Under the pieces are notes generated by a model. The model was not told where the DNA came from. It ran no database searches and saw only the letters and a list, made by a program, of their open reading frames with translations. From Alphaproteobacteria bacterium (GTDB taxonomy: Bacteria; Pseudomonadota; Alphaproteobacteria; UBA7887): DNA of 64,000 bases. The DNA lies in the NCBI GenBank assembly GCA_965216755.1, contig CBDCGL010000011.1, positions 4,704,001-4,768,000 of the forward strand. The letters run 5' to 3'. The position numbers and the translations under genes are program-made. This document shows positions 41,117 through 51,631 of this stretch, piece by piece (the stretch's first letter is position 1; the number at the start of each line of letters is the position of its first letter).

Positions 41117-42548
41117 TTTGAAGCCGGCCCGGCACCACAAACGGTTGATCGCGGCTCTGAACGAGATTGCCGATGGGAAACTTCGGCGGTTGATGGTGTT
41201 TATGCCGCCGGGCCATGCGAAGAGCACTTACGCAAGCGTTCTGTTTCCGCCGTGGCACTTGATCCGGCATCCGCAGGCGGCGGTTTTAGCGGCCAGTCAC
41301 AGTCAGGAACTGGCGGACAGTTTTGGGCGGCGCGCGCGCGCGGTTGTCGGGCATGAAGGTTTCGCCGGTGTGTCAGGGACAAAACTGGCCAACGACAATC
41401 GTGCCGCGTCACGATGGCAGACCGATAGCGGCGGCGTCTATTTCGGCATTGGTGTCGGCGGGGCGATCACGGGACGGCGCGCGGATTTGGCGATCATCGA
41501 TGATCCGATCAAGGGACGCGCCGAAGCGGACAGCGCGCTGGTCCGCGACCGGACCTGGGAGTGGTATCGCGCGGACCTGCGGACGCGCCTGAAACCGGGT
41601 GGTGCGCTCGTCCTGATTCAAACGCGATGGCACGAAGACGATCTGGCAGGCCGGATTCTTCCGCAGGAATATAGTGGGGAATCCGGCAGTGTGGTGGCGC
41701 GTGACGGCGAAACTTGGCAGGTCATTAGCCTACCGGCTCTCGCGGAACAGGACGATCCGCTGGGGCGCGCCCCTGGCGAGGCCCTGTGGCCGGAATGGTT
41801 CGATGCTGCGACACTGGAACAAGAAAGGGTCAGCCAAGGGCCGCGCAATTGGTCGGCACTGTACCAGCAACGTCCCGCACCGGAAGAGGGCGATTACTTT
41901 CGTAGCGAGTGGTTGCAGTGGTACCAAGAGCCACCAACGCATTTGGCGATTTATGGCGCCAGCGACTATGCGGTCACGGCCGGTGGTGGCGATTATACCG
42001 TGCACGGCGTCATTGGGGTTGATGCGCTGGATAATCTCTATGTGTTGGATTGGTGGCGCGCTCAAACAGACAGCTTGGTTTGGGTTGAGACCTTGTGCGA
42101 CTTGATTCGGAAATGGCGCCCGATTGAGTGGGTGGAAGAAAAAGGCCCGATCGCAAAAGGGCTGGGCGCGTTGATCGACAAGCGGCAGCACGAACGTGCC
42201 GCATATTGTGTACGCCATGGGTTCGCCTCGTCGGCGGATAAGCCAACCCGGGCCCAGGCTATTCGCGGCCGCATGGCCCAAGGAAAGGTTCATTTCCCCA
42301 GAAAGGCGCCGTGGGTGGCCGACTTGGTGAACGAGTTGATGACGTTTCCGGTTGGCGTTCACGATGATCAAGTCGACGTGATGAGCCTTTTCGGGGTGAT
42401 GCTGTCGCGTATGCACAAGGGCAAGAAGATGCGACGTCCGTCTGACCAAAACATGCAGCGACAACCGACTGTCAGCGAAATATTTGATGAGCATTTTCGG
42501 TCAACCGCGCGGCCGCGGGGCCGGGATCGGCTGGACAGCTGGTCATGA
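41001..42548 (+). CDS. Terminase large subunit
   Basis: Walker A MPPGHAKS, ITGRRADLAIIDDPIKG, IQTRWHEDDLAG, FP.G.HDDQVD. Confidence 0.96.
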   Translation: MMESLRQSFNPKAIAAARELLARRRARNAFAAFVARVTDLKPARHHKRLIAALNEIADGKLRRLMVFMPPGHAKSTYASVLFPPWHLIRHPQAAVLAASHSQELADSFGRRARAVVGHEGFAGVSGTKLANDNRAASRWQTDSGGVYFGIGVGGAITGRRADLAIIDDPIKGRAEADSALVRDRTWEWYRADLRTRLKPGGALVLIQTRWHEDDLAGRILPQEYSGESGSVVARDGETWQVISLPALAEQDDPLGRAPGEALWPEWFDAATLEQERVSQGPRNWSALYQQRPAPEEGDYFRSEWLQWYQEPPTHLAIYGASDYAVTAGGGDYTVHGVIGVDALDNLYVLDWWRAQTDSLVWVETLCDLIRKWRPIEWVEEKGPIAKGLGALIDKRQHERAAYCVRHGFASSADKPTRAQAIRGRMAQGKVHFPRKAPWVADLVNELMTFPVGVHDDQVDVMSLFGVMLSRMHKGKKMRRPSDQNMQRQPTVSEIFDEHFRSTARPRGRDRLDSWS

Positions 42549-42580
42549 GCCGGGCGCACCATCGGCAATAGGATAGGGCA

Positions 42581-44506
42581 ATGACAGGTGATTCAGAGAG
42601 CGCACGCGACTTTTCGTCGGAGGTGCTGCGGTGGAAGCGCGAACTGGAATTGGCGGATCGCGAAGAAAAAGCCTGGCGTGAGCTGGCGCCGAAGATTATC
42701 CGCCGCTATCGCGATGAGCGCAACCGCGCCAGCCATGACCGGAAATTCAATATCTTCTGGTCCAATGTTGAAACCCTGAAACCGGCGGTCTACTCGCATA
42801 CACCCGTACCCGACGTTCGTCGTCGTTTTTTGGATCAGGATCCGATTGGGCGCGAGGCCGCCGAACTGTTGGAGCGCGCGTTGAGCTTCGCCATAGACGA
42901 CTACGATTTCGACGGCGCGATGGAATTGGTGCGGGACGACATGTTGCTGGGTGGCCGGGGCGTCGCGCGCGTGCGCTACGACGCCGATATCGCGCGCCGG
43001 CCCATGGAGATTTCTAGCGAGGAGCAGGGCGCCGCGCACGAAGCTGACGCGCGCGCCATACCAGCGCCGAACGACGCCGCGGATGGTGAAGATGAGAACG
43101 GTCCCTTCGTGGAAGTGGTGACCGATGAGTCCGTGCGTTGCGAATATGTCTATTGGGAACATTTCCGTATGTCACCGGCCCGGACCTGGGCGGATGTACG
43201 GTGGGTCGCCTTTAAGCATTTCATGACCCGTGATCAGTTGCGTCAGATGTGGCCCGACCGCGGATCGAAAGTGCCACTGCACGCGACGACTGATCCGTCT
43301 GACGCGCATGAGTCGCGTGGCGTCGAAAAAGAACCGGACACACCGTTTCGCCGCGCGATCGTGTGGGAGATTTGGGATAAGACCAGCCGCCGGGTGAAGT
43401 GGTGGGCGGAACAAACACCCTGGTTGCTGGAAGACACGCCACCACCACTGGACTTGGTGGCGTTCTTTCCGGTGCCACAGCCGGTCTATGCGGTGCGCAC
43501 CAGCGACAGCATGACGCCTGTGCCGGAGTTCATGATCTACCAAGATCAGGCGGATGAACTGGATCGGTTGACCAGCCGCATTAATCGATTGATCGAATCG
43601 GCAAAAGTGGCCGGAATCTATTCGGCGCGCCAAGAAGAAACCATACGAGCGTTGGCGCACGCGGACGATCTTGACCTCGTGCCGGCGCAAGATTGGTTGG
43701 CGCTGGCCGATCAAGGTGGTGTTTCACGAGCGATCGAATGGTTGCCATTGGATCAGATTGCGACGGTGCTCTCCGGCCTGTATCGCCAGCGCGAGCAGCT
43801 GCGTCAAGAGATCTTCGAACTGACCGGGATCTCTGACTTGTTCCGCGGGTCGAGTCGGCCCGGTGACACTGCGACGGCGCAAAGAATTAAAGGCGATTTC
43901 GGCAGCATGCGTTTGTCACCACGCCAAAAACCGATGGCCCGTTTCGTGCGCGACATTGTCCGGATCAAGGCCGAGATCATTGCTGATCAATTTGCGCCCG
44001 AAACCTTGTCACGCATGACCGGGCGGGTTGTCACCGAGGACATTTTGGCGGTGCTGCGGGATGATCGCCTGCGTCGATTTCGAATTGACATCGAGACAGA
44101 TTCGACCGTGCAGCCGGACGCGGAACGAGAAAGGCAAAACGCAGCAGCGTTCTTGTCGGCAATGACCAGCTATTTGCAGGCCGCAGGGCAGATCGCCAAT
44201 CAAGCCCCGGCGACCGTGCCGATGTTGATGGAGTTACTAAAATTCGGCGTACGTAGTTTCAAAACGGCGCGCGCTGTGGAAGATGTGATCGACGAAACCG
44301 CCGAGGTGTTGAAACAGCAATCGGCGGCGCAAGCTTTGTCTGAAGCGACGCCGCCGGGCGCGATTCAGGAAACCGATTTTGGCGGCCTCGACGCCGCATC
44401 GTTGCTGTCCGCTGTGTCCGCAGCCAATCCACTTGCTGCGCCAGACGACGCACTTGGGACCGCGCGCGCCCCATCCCTCAATGTTGATCACACGGAGCAG
44501 AGATGA
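42581..44506 (+). CDS. Portal protein (podovirus type)
   Basis: 641 aa after the terminase; FNIFWSNVETLKPAVY...P.P.VRRRF.D.DP, TGISDLFRG, FRIDIETDST. Confidence 0.88.
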   Translation: MTGDSESARDFSSEVLRWKRELELADREEKAWRELAPKIIRRYRDERNRASHDRKFNIFWSNVETLKPAVYSHTPVPDVRRRFLDQDPIGREAAELLERALSFAIDDYDFDGAMELVRDDMLLGGRGVARVRYDADIARRPMEISSEEQGAAHEADARAIPAPNDAADGEDENGPFVEVVTDESVRCEYVYWEHFRMSPARTWADVRWVAFKHFMTRDQLRQMWPDRGSKVPLHATTDPSDAHESRGVEKEPDTPFRRAIVWEIWDKTSRRVKWWAEQTPWLLEDTPPPLDLVAFFPVPQPVYAVRTSDSMTPVPEFMIYQDQADELDRLTSRINRLIESAKVAGIYSARQEETIRALAHADDLDLVPAQDWLALADQGGVSRAIEWLPLDQIATVLSGLYRQREQLRQEIFELTGISDLFRGSSRPGDTATAQRIKGDFGSMRLSPRQKPMARFVRDIVRIKAEIIADQFAPETLSRMTGRVVTEDILAVLRDDRLRRFRIDIETDSTVQPDAERERQNAAAFLSAMTSYLQAAGQIANQAPATVPMLMELLKFGVRSFKTARAVEDVIDETAEVLKQQSAAQALSEATPPGAIQETDFGGLDAASLLSAVSAANPLAAPDDALGTARAPSLNVDHTEQR

Positions 44507-45573
44507 CCAATCTTTCGGAAAACCAAGGTCAGGGTGAAGCGCCTTCGATCACCGATGACATCATGGCGGCTATTCGTGAAACCGCGCAGGGCGACGACGT
44601 GAGCCCATCCGATGACCCGCATCCGCCGGGCGACGGCACGCAGCCTGTGCGCAGTGAAGGGGCCGACGAGCTAGCTCCTGAGCAAACAGACTCGCCCAAA
44701 GATGACGGTGATGCTTTCGTGGCGGCACCCGAACATTGGCCGGAAGACGACCGAAAGAGGTTTGAGGCGCTGGGCCACGAGAACCAAGAATGGTGGCTAA
44801 ACAAGACAAAATCCTTGGAGCGCGGCTACCAAGACAAGTTTGAACGATTGGGCGAAGCGCGCCGCGAAAGCGCCGCCCTAAGCGATGCACTGGCTCCATA
44901 CGAAGCGCAATTGGCCCGCGTCGGTCTGGATCGCGTGGGGTTGGTTCAGCAATTGGTTGCCAGCGAGCAAATGCTCAGGACCAATCCGGATGAGGCGCTT
45001 GCATGGCTGGCGCAACTCTATCCACCGCGCGACCGACGCGGGGCTATGCAAAAGATTGCGCGCGCCTTGGGTGCGGACAGCGGCGACGCGACAGGTCAAG
45101 CCGCCGCCACCGAGGCGTCAGCGTCCGAAGATGTTATCAACCAAGTCCGGTCTGAACTCGATCGACATATGCAGCAATTCGCGTCCGCGCAACATTCGGG
45201 ACAGATCGCGGCGATTGCCACGCAGTTTGACTCAATGCGCGCGATGAAAGACGAAGGCGGAAACGAACGGTTTCCACATTTGAACCAGGTCCGCGCGGTT
45301 ATGGCCGCGCTCGTCGCCGCGGGTGCCGCTTACGATCTACCGTCAGCCTATGACATGGCGGTCCGTGCGCAAGGCATCCGCGATACGAAGACAGGGTCTG
45401 ATTACCCGCGCTCCGACGCGCAGCGTCGCCAATCCGTGCAGCAAGCGAAGATTGCGAGCCGCAAACCGCAGACCGATTCGGCACCGGCGCGCAAGGTTAG
45501 TGACGGCCGTGGTCCTGTGTCGATCCAAGACGCGATTCTCGAGTCGATCGAAGAATACCGCGCCGGGCTCTAA
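44503..45573 (+). CDS. Scaffolding protein
   Basis: Acidic low-complexity N-terminus, APEHW, helical; lies between portal and capsid. Confidence 0.75.
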   Translation: MTNLSENQGQGEAPSITDDIMAAIRETAQGDDVSPSDDPHPPGDGTQPVRSEGADELAPEQTDSPKDDGDAFVAAPEHWPEDDRKRFEALGHENQEWWLNKTKSLERGYQDKFERLGEARRESAALSDALAPYEAQLARVGLDRVGLVQQLVASEQMLRTNPDEALAWLAQLYPPRDRRGAMQKIARALGADSGDATGQAAATEASASEDVINQVRSELDRHMQQFASAQHSGQIAAIATQFDSMRAMKDEGGNERFPHLNQVRAVMAALVAAGAAYDLPSAYDMAVRAQGIRDTKTGSDYPRSDAQRRQSVQQAKIASRKPQTDSAPARKVSDGRGPVSIQDAILESIEEYRAGL

Positions 45574-45594
45574 GAAAAATGAGGTAAGAAAAAT

Positions 45595-46569
45595 ATGGCT
45601 CCACCGAATTCGCAATGGGGCGAAGTCGCGACGACGACGCTGCACAAAAGGCGTCGGCGCATGGCAGACAACGTTCTTAACCACAATGCGTTGCTGCGAC
45701 GACTCAAAGAACGTGGCAATGTTGAGCCAGCCGATGGTGGCGAAAGCCTGATCGAAGAGCTCGAATATGCCGAGAACCAGACCTTTATGTACTATTCGGG
45801 CTACGAGGTTCTGGATATCAGCCCGTCTGAGGTTTTCTCGGCCGCGGAGTTCGATTGGAAACAGGCTGCGGTGGTCGTGACGATTTCGGGCGCCGAGCAG
45901 CGCAAGAACTCAGGCGACTCGCAGATGGTCCGGCTGCTTCGGCGTCGGCTTTCCAACGCCGAGAAGACCATGATGAACAATGTCAGTGTCGGCGTCTATT
46001 CGGATGGCACCGGATCTGGCGGCAAGCAGATTGGTGGCTTGCAGTTGTTGGTGGCCGACGACCCGACAACGGGCACTGTCGGTGGCATTGATCGCGCCGC
46101 AAATACGTTCTGGCGGAATGTCAGTTTCGATGCCACCACCGACGGCGGTGCAGCTGCCAGTGCCACCAACATCCAGTCATATATGAACGACGTTTGGATC
46201 CAGTTGGTTCGGGGAACGGATCGTCCCGACATTATCGTTGCGGACCCCAACTATTTCAACTTCTTCTGGGAAAGCCTGCAGGCGATCCAGAGGATTACGA
46301 CACCGCGCAACGGCGATGCCGGGTTCGAGTCATTGACGTTTCATGGGCCGGGCGGATCCGCGCCAGTGTTTCATGATAGTGATTGTCCAGGCAATCACAT
46401 GTATTTCCTCAACACGGAATACATTCACTGGCGCCCGCACAAGGATGCCAACATGACGCCGTTAGAGGCGCGGGAACCGGTCAATCAAGATGCGATTGTC
46501 CGGCCGATAATTTTCATGGGCAACATGACGCTGAGCAATGCTTCGTTGCAAGGCGTCTTGAAAGACTGA
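45595..46569 (+). CDS. Major capsid protein
   Basis: ADNV..HNALL.RL..RG, YSGYE.L, AAEFDWKQAA, YSDGTG.GGKQI.GL, MYFLNT.Y. Confidence 0.9.
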   Translation: MAPPNSQWGEVATTTLHKRRRRMADNVLNHNALLRRLKERGNVEPADGGESLIEELEYAENQTFMYYSGYEVLDISPSEVFSAAEFDWKQAAVVVTISGAEQRKNSGDSQMVRLLRRRLSNAEKTMMNNVSVGVYSDGTGSGGKQIGGLQLLVADDPTTGTVGGIDRAANTFWRNVSFDATTDGGAAASATNIQSYMNDVWIQLVRGTDRPDIIVADPNYFNFFWESLQAIQRITTPRNGDAGFESLTFHGPGGSAPVFHDSDCPGNHMYFLNTEYIHWRPHKDANMTPLEAREPVNQDAIVRPIIFMGNMTLSNASLQGVLKD

Positions 46570-46581
46570 GGGGGATCATAA

Positions 46582-47091
46582 ATGACGTTCAGTATTCTCC
46601 CATTCGCCGGTGTCGGGCAGCTCGACACGTGGCACTCTCCAACACAGCCGGAGGCACCGCCCCTTGGCTCAATCGTGCAAGGCAGCGACGGCGCGTTTTA
46701 CCAATTGGTGAAGTATACCGGTGGCACGTCGAACGTTCCGTCGCGGTGGTCGACCATCAGCCGTGCCTACGAAGGCGCCTTGGCGACCGACAACGGTGTC
46801 GCGTCAAGGATGGGCCTTGGTGTGCAGGGAACGTGGATGACCGTCTCCGATCCGCTGAGTACGAATGATTACCATTTCATTCAACGGACCGGCGCGGCCA
46901 CCGGCGCGTTTCTTGCCAACTGCGCGGCAAATGTCGACCTGTATGCTTCGGACACGGCAGGCTATCTGGACGACGCGGTCGCCACGTTTCGTCGTGTCTA
47001 CGGTGTCAACCTGGACAGTGCGATCGGTGGATCCGATGCCACGGCGGCTTGCAATATCGATTGGCCGCATGTGGACAACACGACGAGTTGA
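46582..47091 (+). CDS. Putative capsid decoration/cement protein
   Basis: Directly after the capsid gene and before a terminator; small and beta-rich. Confidence 0.55.
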   Translation: MTFSILPFAGVGQLDTWHSPTQPEAPPLGSIVQGSDGAFYQLVKYTGGTSNVPSRWSTISRAYEGALATDNGVASRMGLGVQGTWMTVSDPLSTNDYHFIQRTGAATGAFLANCAANVDLYASDTAGYLDDAVATFRRVYGVNLDSAIGGSDATAACNIDWPHVDNTTS

Positions 47092-47114
47092 TCACCAAGG
47101 CTCACGTGATATCG

Positions 47115-47143
47115 GAAAGGGGGCTTCGGCCCCCTTTCTTTTT
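47115..47143 (+). terminator. Intrinsic terminator after the capsid genes
   Basis: GAAAGGGGGC-TTCG-GCCCCCTTTC plus TTTTT. Confidence 0.9.
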
Positions 47144-47172
47144 GCGGAATCGCGCAACACGCCATTGAAACA

Positions 47173-47835
47173 ATGAGGTGCGATCGAATGGATGTTTCAC
47201 AACAGGATTGGCTCACACTCGCCGAGTCGACCGGCGCGAGCCAAGCTGACGCCGACGGTGTCATGGCCACGTTCTATGACAGGCCCGTCGAAAACAGGGT
47301 CGCGTCGAAGAAAGAGGGACGCCCGATCTACGACTCGAAGACATATGTCATGATTTTGATTCCGGGACAAAGCAAAACGCGCCTGGATCGGCATGTCAAA
47401 CCTGACGATATCGACCGTTGGCCTGACGCCTGGGCGCGATACAGAAAGCGCGAACGTGGCATCGTCAACGGAACACCACTGCACGAATGGTCGTATCTCA
47501 GCGCGACCCGGCTGATGGAACTGAAGGCGCTCAGCATCCTGACTGTCGAGCAATTGGCTGCAGTGAACGACAGCGCACTCGGCAATTTAGGGCCGGATGC
47601 AGCCGATCTTGTCGACCGCGCGCGTCAACATATTCAGGGCGAGGATCAGACCATCAAGGAACTGCGGTCGCGCAACCAAGACCTTGAAGGGCAAGTCAAG
47701 GCCATGGAGGCGGAGATGGCCGAAATGAAACGCGCCATTGCGGCGGGCGAAGTCAAACCCAGCAAGTCCAAGACGCGTCGCCGCAGCAGTGGCGGGACTC
47801 AACAGGACGTGGAAACCAATGCTGGTTCAACTTAA
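47173..47835 (+). CDS. Conserved phage protein
   Basis: FY..PV.N..AS..EGRPIYD, GTPL.EW, I.TVEQLA; C-terminal coiled coil. Confidence 0.7.
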   Translation: MRCDRMDVSQQDWLTLAESTGASQADADGVMATFYDRPVENRVASKKEGRPIYDSKTYVMILIPGQSKTRLDRHVKPDDIDRWPDAWARYRKRERGIVNGTPLHEWSYLSATRLMELKALSILTVEQLAAVNDSALGNLGPDAADLVDRARQHIQGEDQTIKELRSRNQDLEGQVKAMEAEMAEMKRAIAAGEVKPSKSKTRRRSSGGTQQDVETNAGST

Positions 47836-48043
47836 GCCGGTCCTTCTGCGTCCGGGCGAACGGGGGTTGGTTATGTTCCACAACAAGCATCTGCCACATC
47901 TCACCGACCAAGAACTTGACGCCGTGCGCGGGGAACTTCGCGAAATGGCACGCGACAACGATCATCCGTGCGCGTTGACCGCGCGCCGCCTGCTTGGCGG
48001 CGTCGAGGAAACTGTTCGCTTCAATGGGACGTGGGGACGATGA
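47819..48043 (+). CDS. Small hypothetical phage protein
   Basis: Overlaps both neighbours in operon fashion (ATGA overlap with the next gene). Confidence 0.5.
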   Translation: MLVQLKPVLLRPGERGLVMFHNKHLPHLTDQELDAVRGELREMARDNDHPCALTARRLLGGVEETVRFNGTWGR

Positions 48044-48759
48044 GTTTACTCACAATATGTCGTCAGGCAATCGGCGAGATCGGTTCTGTCGAGACACCAG
48101 ACACGATCGTCGGCAACAGCAATGAGACGGCGAAGCAAATTCTTGCCCTGGCGCAACGGGAAGGCCAGGAATTGGCGCGCCGGCACACGTGGTCCGCGCT
48201 GCAACGAGAGCACGTCTTCGCGACCACGTCGGGCGTGGAAAGTTACGCGCTGCCGTCCGATTGGCGACAGGCGATCGATGAAACAGCGTGGGACCGCACC
48301 AACAACCGTCCGATGCCGGGAAGTGTTGGCCCGCGCGCCTGGCAGGTTTGGAAATCCGGCTTGATCGCCACAGCGGATGTTTGGACTCAGTTTCGGGTGA
48401 AATGGGATTCGAGCGCGGGCGCGCGCCGCATTTTTGTCGATCCGGTGCCGAGTAGCGCGAAGACGTTGGTTGTCGAATACCTGTCCCAATCATGGTGTCA
48501 GTCGTCGTCAGGTACGTTGCAAGCCGGCTGGATCGCCGACAGCGACACGGCACTTCTTGACGAAGATCTCATACAGATGGGGCTGATCTGGCGCTTTCTG
48601 AAAGCGAAGGGGTTGCCCTATCAAGAGGAATTCAACAGCTACGAACGATCGGTAGATCGCGCGATCGAGGCCGACGTGCCGTCGCGGCGGATCCGGTTGG
48701 GCGGCCCGCGACGCGGTGAATTGCGAAACCCGAACCTGCCAGATACGGGGTATGGTTGA
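48040..48759 (+). CDS. Head-tail adaptor protein
   Basis: MSLLTIC, W..LQ.E..F.T, Y.LP.D, GL.WRF.KAKGL.Y.EE; position. Confidence 0.75.
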   Translation: MSLLTICRQAIGEIGSVETPDTIVGNSNETAKQILALAQREGQELARRHTWSALQREHVFATTSGVESYALPSDWRQAIDETAWDRTNNRPMPGSVGPRAWQVWKSGLIATADVWTQFRVKWDSSAGARRIFVDPVPSSAKTLVVEYLSQSWCQSSSGTLQAGWIADSDTALLDEDLIQMGLIWRFLKAKGLPYQEEFNSYERSVDRAIEADVPSRRIRLGGPRRGELRNPNLPDTGYG

Positions 48760-50297
48760 TGGTTATGCAGCGCAATCCGTCGCGGCAACGGCAGGCGAAT
48801 GCGACACAGAGCTTGTCGTTTCCGGCGCCAATCGGGGGTTGGAATGCGCGCGACAGTCTGGATCAGATGAAAGAAACCGACGCGGTACGCCTGGAGAATT
48901 GGTTTCCCAATGGCGACCGGGTCAGCGTCCGGCAGGGATTTGCAGAACACGCAACCGGCGTTGGTGCCGGCGAAGTCGAGACCGTCATAGAGTTTGTCGG
49001 TTTGACCAGTCGCAAACTGATTGCCGCCAGCGGGACCAACCTCTACGACGCGACAGCGGCTGGTGCCGCATCGTCGCTGGCCGGGGGGTTTACGTCCGGG
49101 CGCTGGCAGGGCGCCAATTTCGGCAATCGCCTGATTTTGGTCAACGGTGCCGATGCGCCGCAATCATTCGATGGCACAACGATGGCTGCCGCTGGCTTTA
49201 CCGGCCCCACGACGGTGAGCGATCTGATTTACGCGGTGCCATTCAAGGGCCGACTGTATTTCGTCGAAAAGAATACGGGCGATGTTTGGTATGGCGGCAT
49301 TGGCGCGGTCACTGGCGCACTGACCAAGTTCCAATTGAGTCGAGTATTGCGCCGCGGCGGCGAACTGCAGGCGATCGGCGTGTGGTCGCGGGACGCGGGC
49401 GATGGGCTCGACGACTTCATCGTCTTCGTATCGTCGAATGGCGAGGTGTTGGTGTACGGCGGTACGGATCCGGCAACGGATTTCGCCAAAATCGGCAGCT
49501 ATGAAATCGGACGGCCGCTGGGACGACGATGCATGGCGCGCGCCGGTGGCGAACTAATCATTTTGACGCGGGCCGGCTATTTGCCCGTGTCGCTGTTGCT
49601 TCAGGGTGGCACCGCCGACACAATCGACCGTCACCCGGTTTGGGGAAAAGTGCGACCGGCCGCCGCAGACGCGACGGCGATGTTCGAGGCGAATTTCGGT
49701 TGGCAGATTTTTTCCTGCCCGACCGGATGCGCGCTTCACGTCAACATACCGAGCCTGGTGGGCAGCGAGTACAAACAGCATGTGTTGAATACGGTCACGG
49801 GCGCGTGGGCATTGTATTCCGGAGTTCCGGCGCGCGCGTTCGGTGCCTTTGACGGCGACACCTATTTCGGCGGCGGTGATGGGCGCGTCTTCAAGATTGG
49901 TGGCAACACTGACGACGGCGCCGCCATTCGCTTTCGTGCCAAGCAAGCCTTTAGCTATTTGCGAAAACGAACCAGCATCAAGAGATTCACCATGAGCCGC
50001 CCCGTCATTCGCACCGACGGGACCGTGTTGGCGACGGTCGGGTTGGATGTGGATTTCGCCGACCGGAACCTGCCGCAGAACTTGACCAGTTTCGCATCCG
50101 GCGTGGCTGGGTCGGCGTGGGATACCGACGATTGGGATGTCGGTGTCTGGGCGGGGGCCGCCACGCCCGCGTCGACATGGCTATCGACGCCAGCGGTGGG
50201 GCGCAGCGCATCCGTGCGTTTCGAAGGCGAGGCCAACGCGCAGACGCTCGATTGGTACTCCACCGACGTGCTGGCGCAAACGGGTGGCGTTCGGTGA
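48756..50297 (+). CDS. Tail nozzle / DNA stabilisation protein (P22 gp10-like)
   Basis: PAPIGGWNARD, L.NWFP, beta-propeller-like repeats, WD...WD...W tail. Confidence 0.8.
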   Translation: MMVMQRNPSRQRQANATQSLSFPAPIGGWNARDSLDQMKETDAVRLENWFPNGDRVSVRQGFAEHATGVGAGEVETVIEFVGLTSRKLIAASGTNLYDATAAGAASSLAGGFTSGRWQGANFGNRLILVNGADAPQSFDGTTMAAAGFTGPTTVSDLIYAVPFKGRLYFVEKNTGDVWYGGIGAVTGALTKFQLSRVLRRGGELQAIGVWSRDAGDGLDDFIVFVSSNGEVLVYGGTDPATDFAKIGSYEIGRPLGRRCMARAGGELIILTRAGYLPVSLLLQGGTADTIDRHPVWGKVRPAAADATAMFEANFGWQIFSCPTGCALHVNIPSLVGSEYKQHVLNTVTGAWALYSGVPARAFGAFDGDTYFGGGDGRVFKIGGNTDDGAAIRFRAKQAFSYLRKRTSIKRFTMSRPVIRTDGTVLATVGLDVDFADRNLPQNLTSFASGVAGSAWDTDDWDVGVWAGAATPASTWLSTPAVGRSASVRFEGEANAQTLDWYSTDVLAQTGGVR

Positions 50298-50707
50298 ACT
50301 TGGTTGGCGACCTCACGGGCGGGCCGGTATGCCGGTGGATCGAAAGTCAATTGCACGTGGATCTTGGCGAATGCGCGGCCATCGGCGTGGTGCAAGACGA
50401 GGCACTCATTGCTGCGGTCGCGTTCAACAACTACCAGCCGCATATGATCGAGGCCAGCGTGGTTGCGACGACACCGCGCTGGTGCTCGCGGCGTGTTCTG
50501 GCGGCGGTGTTCGCGTATCCGTTTCGGCAATTGGGCGTGCGACGCGTGCAGGCAACGACAGCGCGGCGCAACAAACGGGCGCGGAAATTCATCGAACGAC
50601 TAGGGTTCAAATATGAGGGCATTGCCCGAAAGGGCTGGCCACGCGGTGGCGACGCCGCGGTCTATTCTATGTTGAACAACGAATGTAGGTGGCTAAGAGA
50701 TGGGTAA
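50294..50707 (+). CDS. GNAT-fold phage protein
   Basis: FAYPF.QLG..RV, N.RA..F.ERLGF.YEG; usual slot between nozzle and ejection genes. Confidence 0.8.
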   Translation: MNLVGDLTGGPVCRWIESQLHVDLGECAAIGVVQDEALIAAVAFNNYQPHMIEASVVATTPRWCSRRVLAAVFAYPFRQLGVRRVQATTARRNKRARKFIERLGFKYEGIARKGWPRGGDAAVYSMLNNECRWLRDG

Positions 50708-51572
50708 GGGATCGACCAAGGCGCCACCGGCGCCAAATCCGGATGAATTGATCAAGGCGCAGACGATCGCCAATCAGCGCGCCTTGCGCGATGCGGCACG
50801 GTTCAACCAAGTGGCGGAAGTCACGCCGTTCGGATCGCGCCAGTTTGTTGGTGATATCGGGACCCCCGATCGCACCGCGGTGACCAGTTTGTCACCGTCG
50901 GGTCAACGCCAATTGGAAGCGCGGAACGCATTGGCGGAGGCCCTGTTGGGACTCGCCCAAAGTCGCGCCAGCCAGATTCCGGCGGCACCACTGGACTTTG
51001 CCGGATTGCCGGCGCGGCCCGGTGTCGGGGACTTTGGTGGTGAACGCGATCGATTGGAACAAGCGCAATTTCAGCGGGCGCGCAATTTGATTGATGGTGT
51101 GTTTGCGGACAACGCCGAACGATTGCGTGGCCAACTAACGGCGGCCGGGATTCCGGCGGAGTTTCAGCCCAGCAGAGCAGAAGTGCGCGACTTGAACCGG
51201 CGCCGCGATCAGGCGTTGAGCAATGCCGCGCTGTCGTCAGTTGCGGCGGGCGGGGCGGAGCAATCGCGCCTGTTCGGGTTGGCCGACGCGGCGCGCCGCC
51301 AGGCGATGACCGAAGCGTTGCTGGGGCGTAGCTTGCCCTTTCAAGAGTTGGCCGGATTTGCCGGAGCATTTCCGGTGCAAACGCCGGCATTTCAGCCACT
51401 GGCGCAGTCGGGCCCGTTGTCGATCAATCCATTGCCGGCTTTCCAGATGGACTTCCAGCGCGGTCAAGCAAACGCGCAAAGGGCCGCCAATGCCAACCTG
51501 GCGGGGTTGCAGGCACTCATGCAAGTGTTGGGTACCCCGACTCAGGGCGCGTTCGATCGGATACTGAGTTAG
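50700..51572 (+). CDS. DNA ejection / pilot protein
   Basis: MGKGS..APPAP.P....AQ..AN, TPFGS, TSLSP..Q, AEQSRLFGL; Ala/Gln-rich. Confidence 0.75.
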   Translation: MGKGSTKAPPAPNPDELIKAQTIANQRALRDAARFNQVAEVTPFGSRQFVGDIGTPDRTAVTSLSPSGQRQLEARNALAEALLGLAQSRASQIPAAPLDFAGLPARPGVGDFGGERDRLEQAQFQRARNLIDGVFADNAERLRGQLTAAGIPAEFQPSRAEVRDLNRRRDQALSNAALSSVAAGGAEQSRLFGLADAARRQAMTEALLGRSLPFQELAGFAGAFPVQTPAFQPLAQSGPLSINPLPAFQMDFQRGQANAQRAANANLAGLQALMQVLGTPTQGAFDRILS

Positions 51573-51631
51573 TGTATCGCATGACCGGACATCATCTGAC
51601 AGACAGCAAAATGATCGTGCATTCGGTGCTG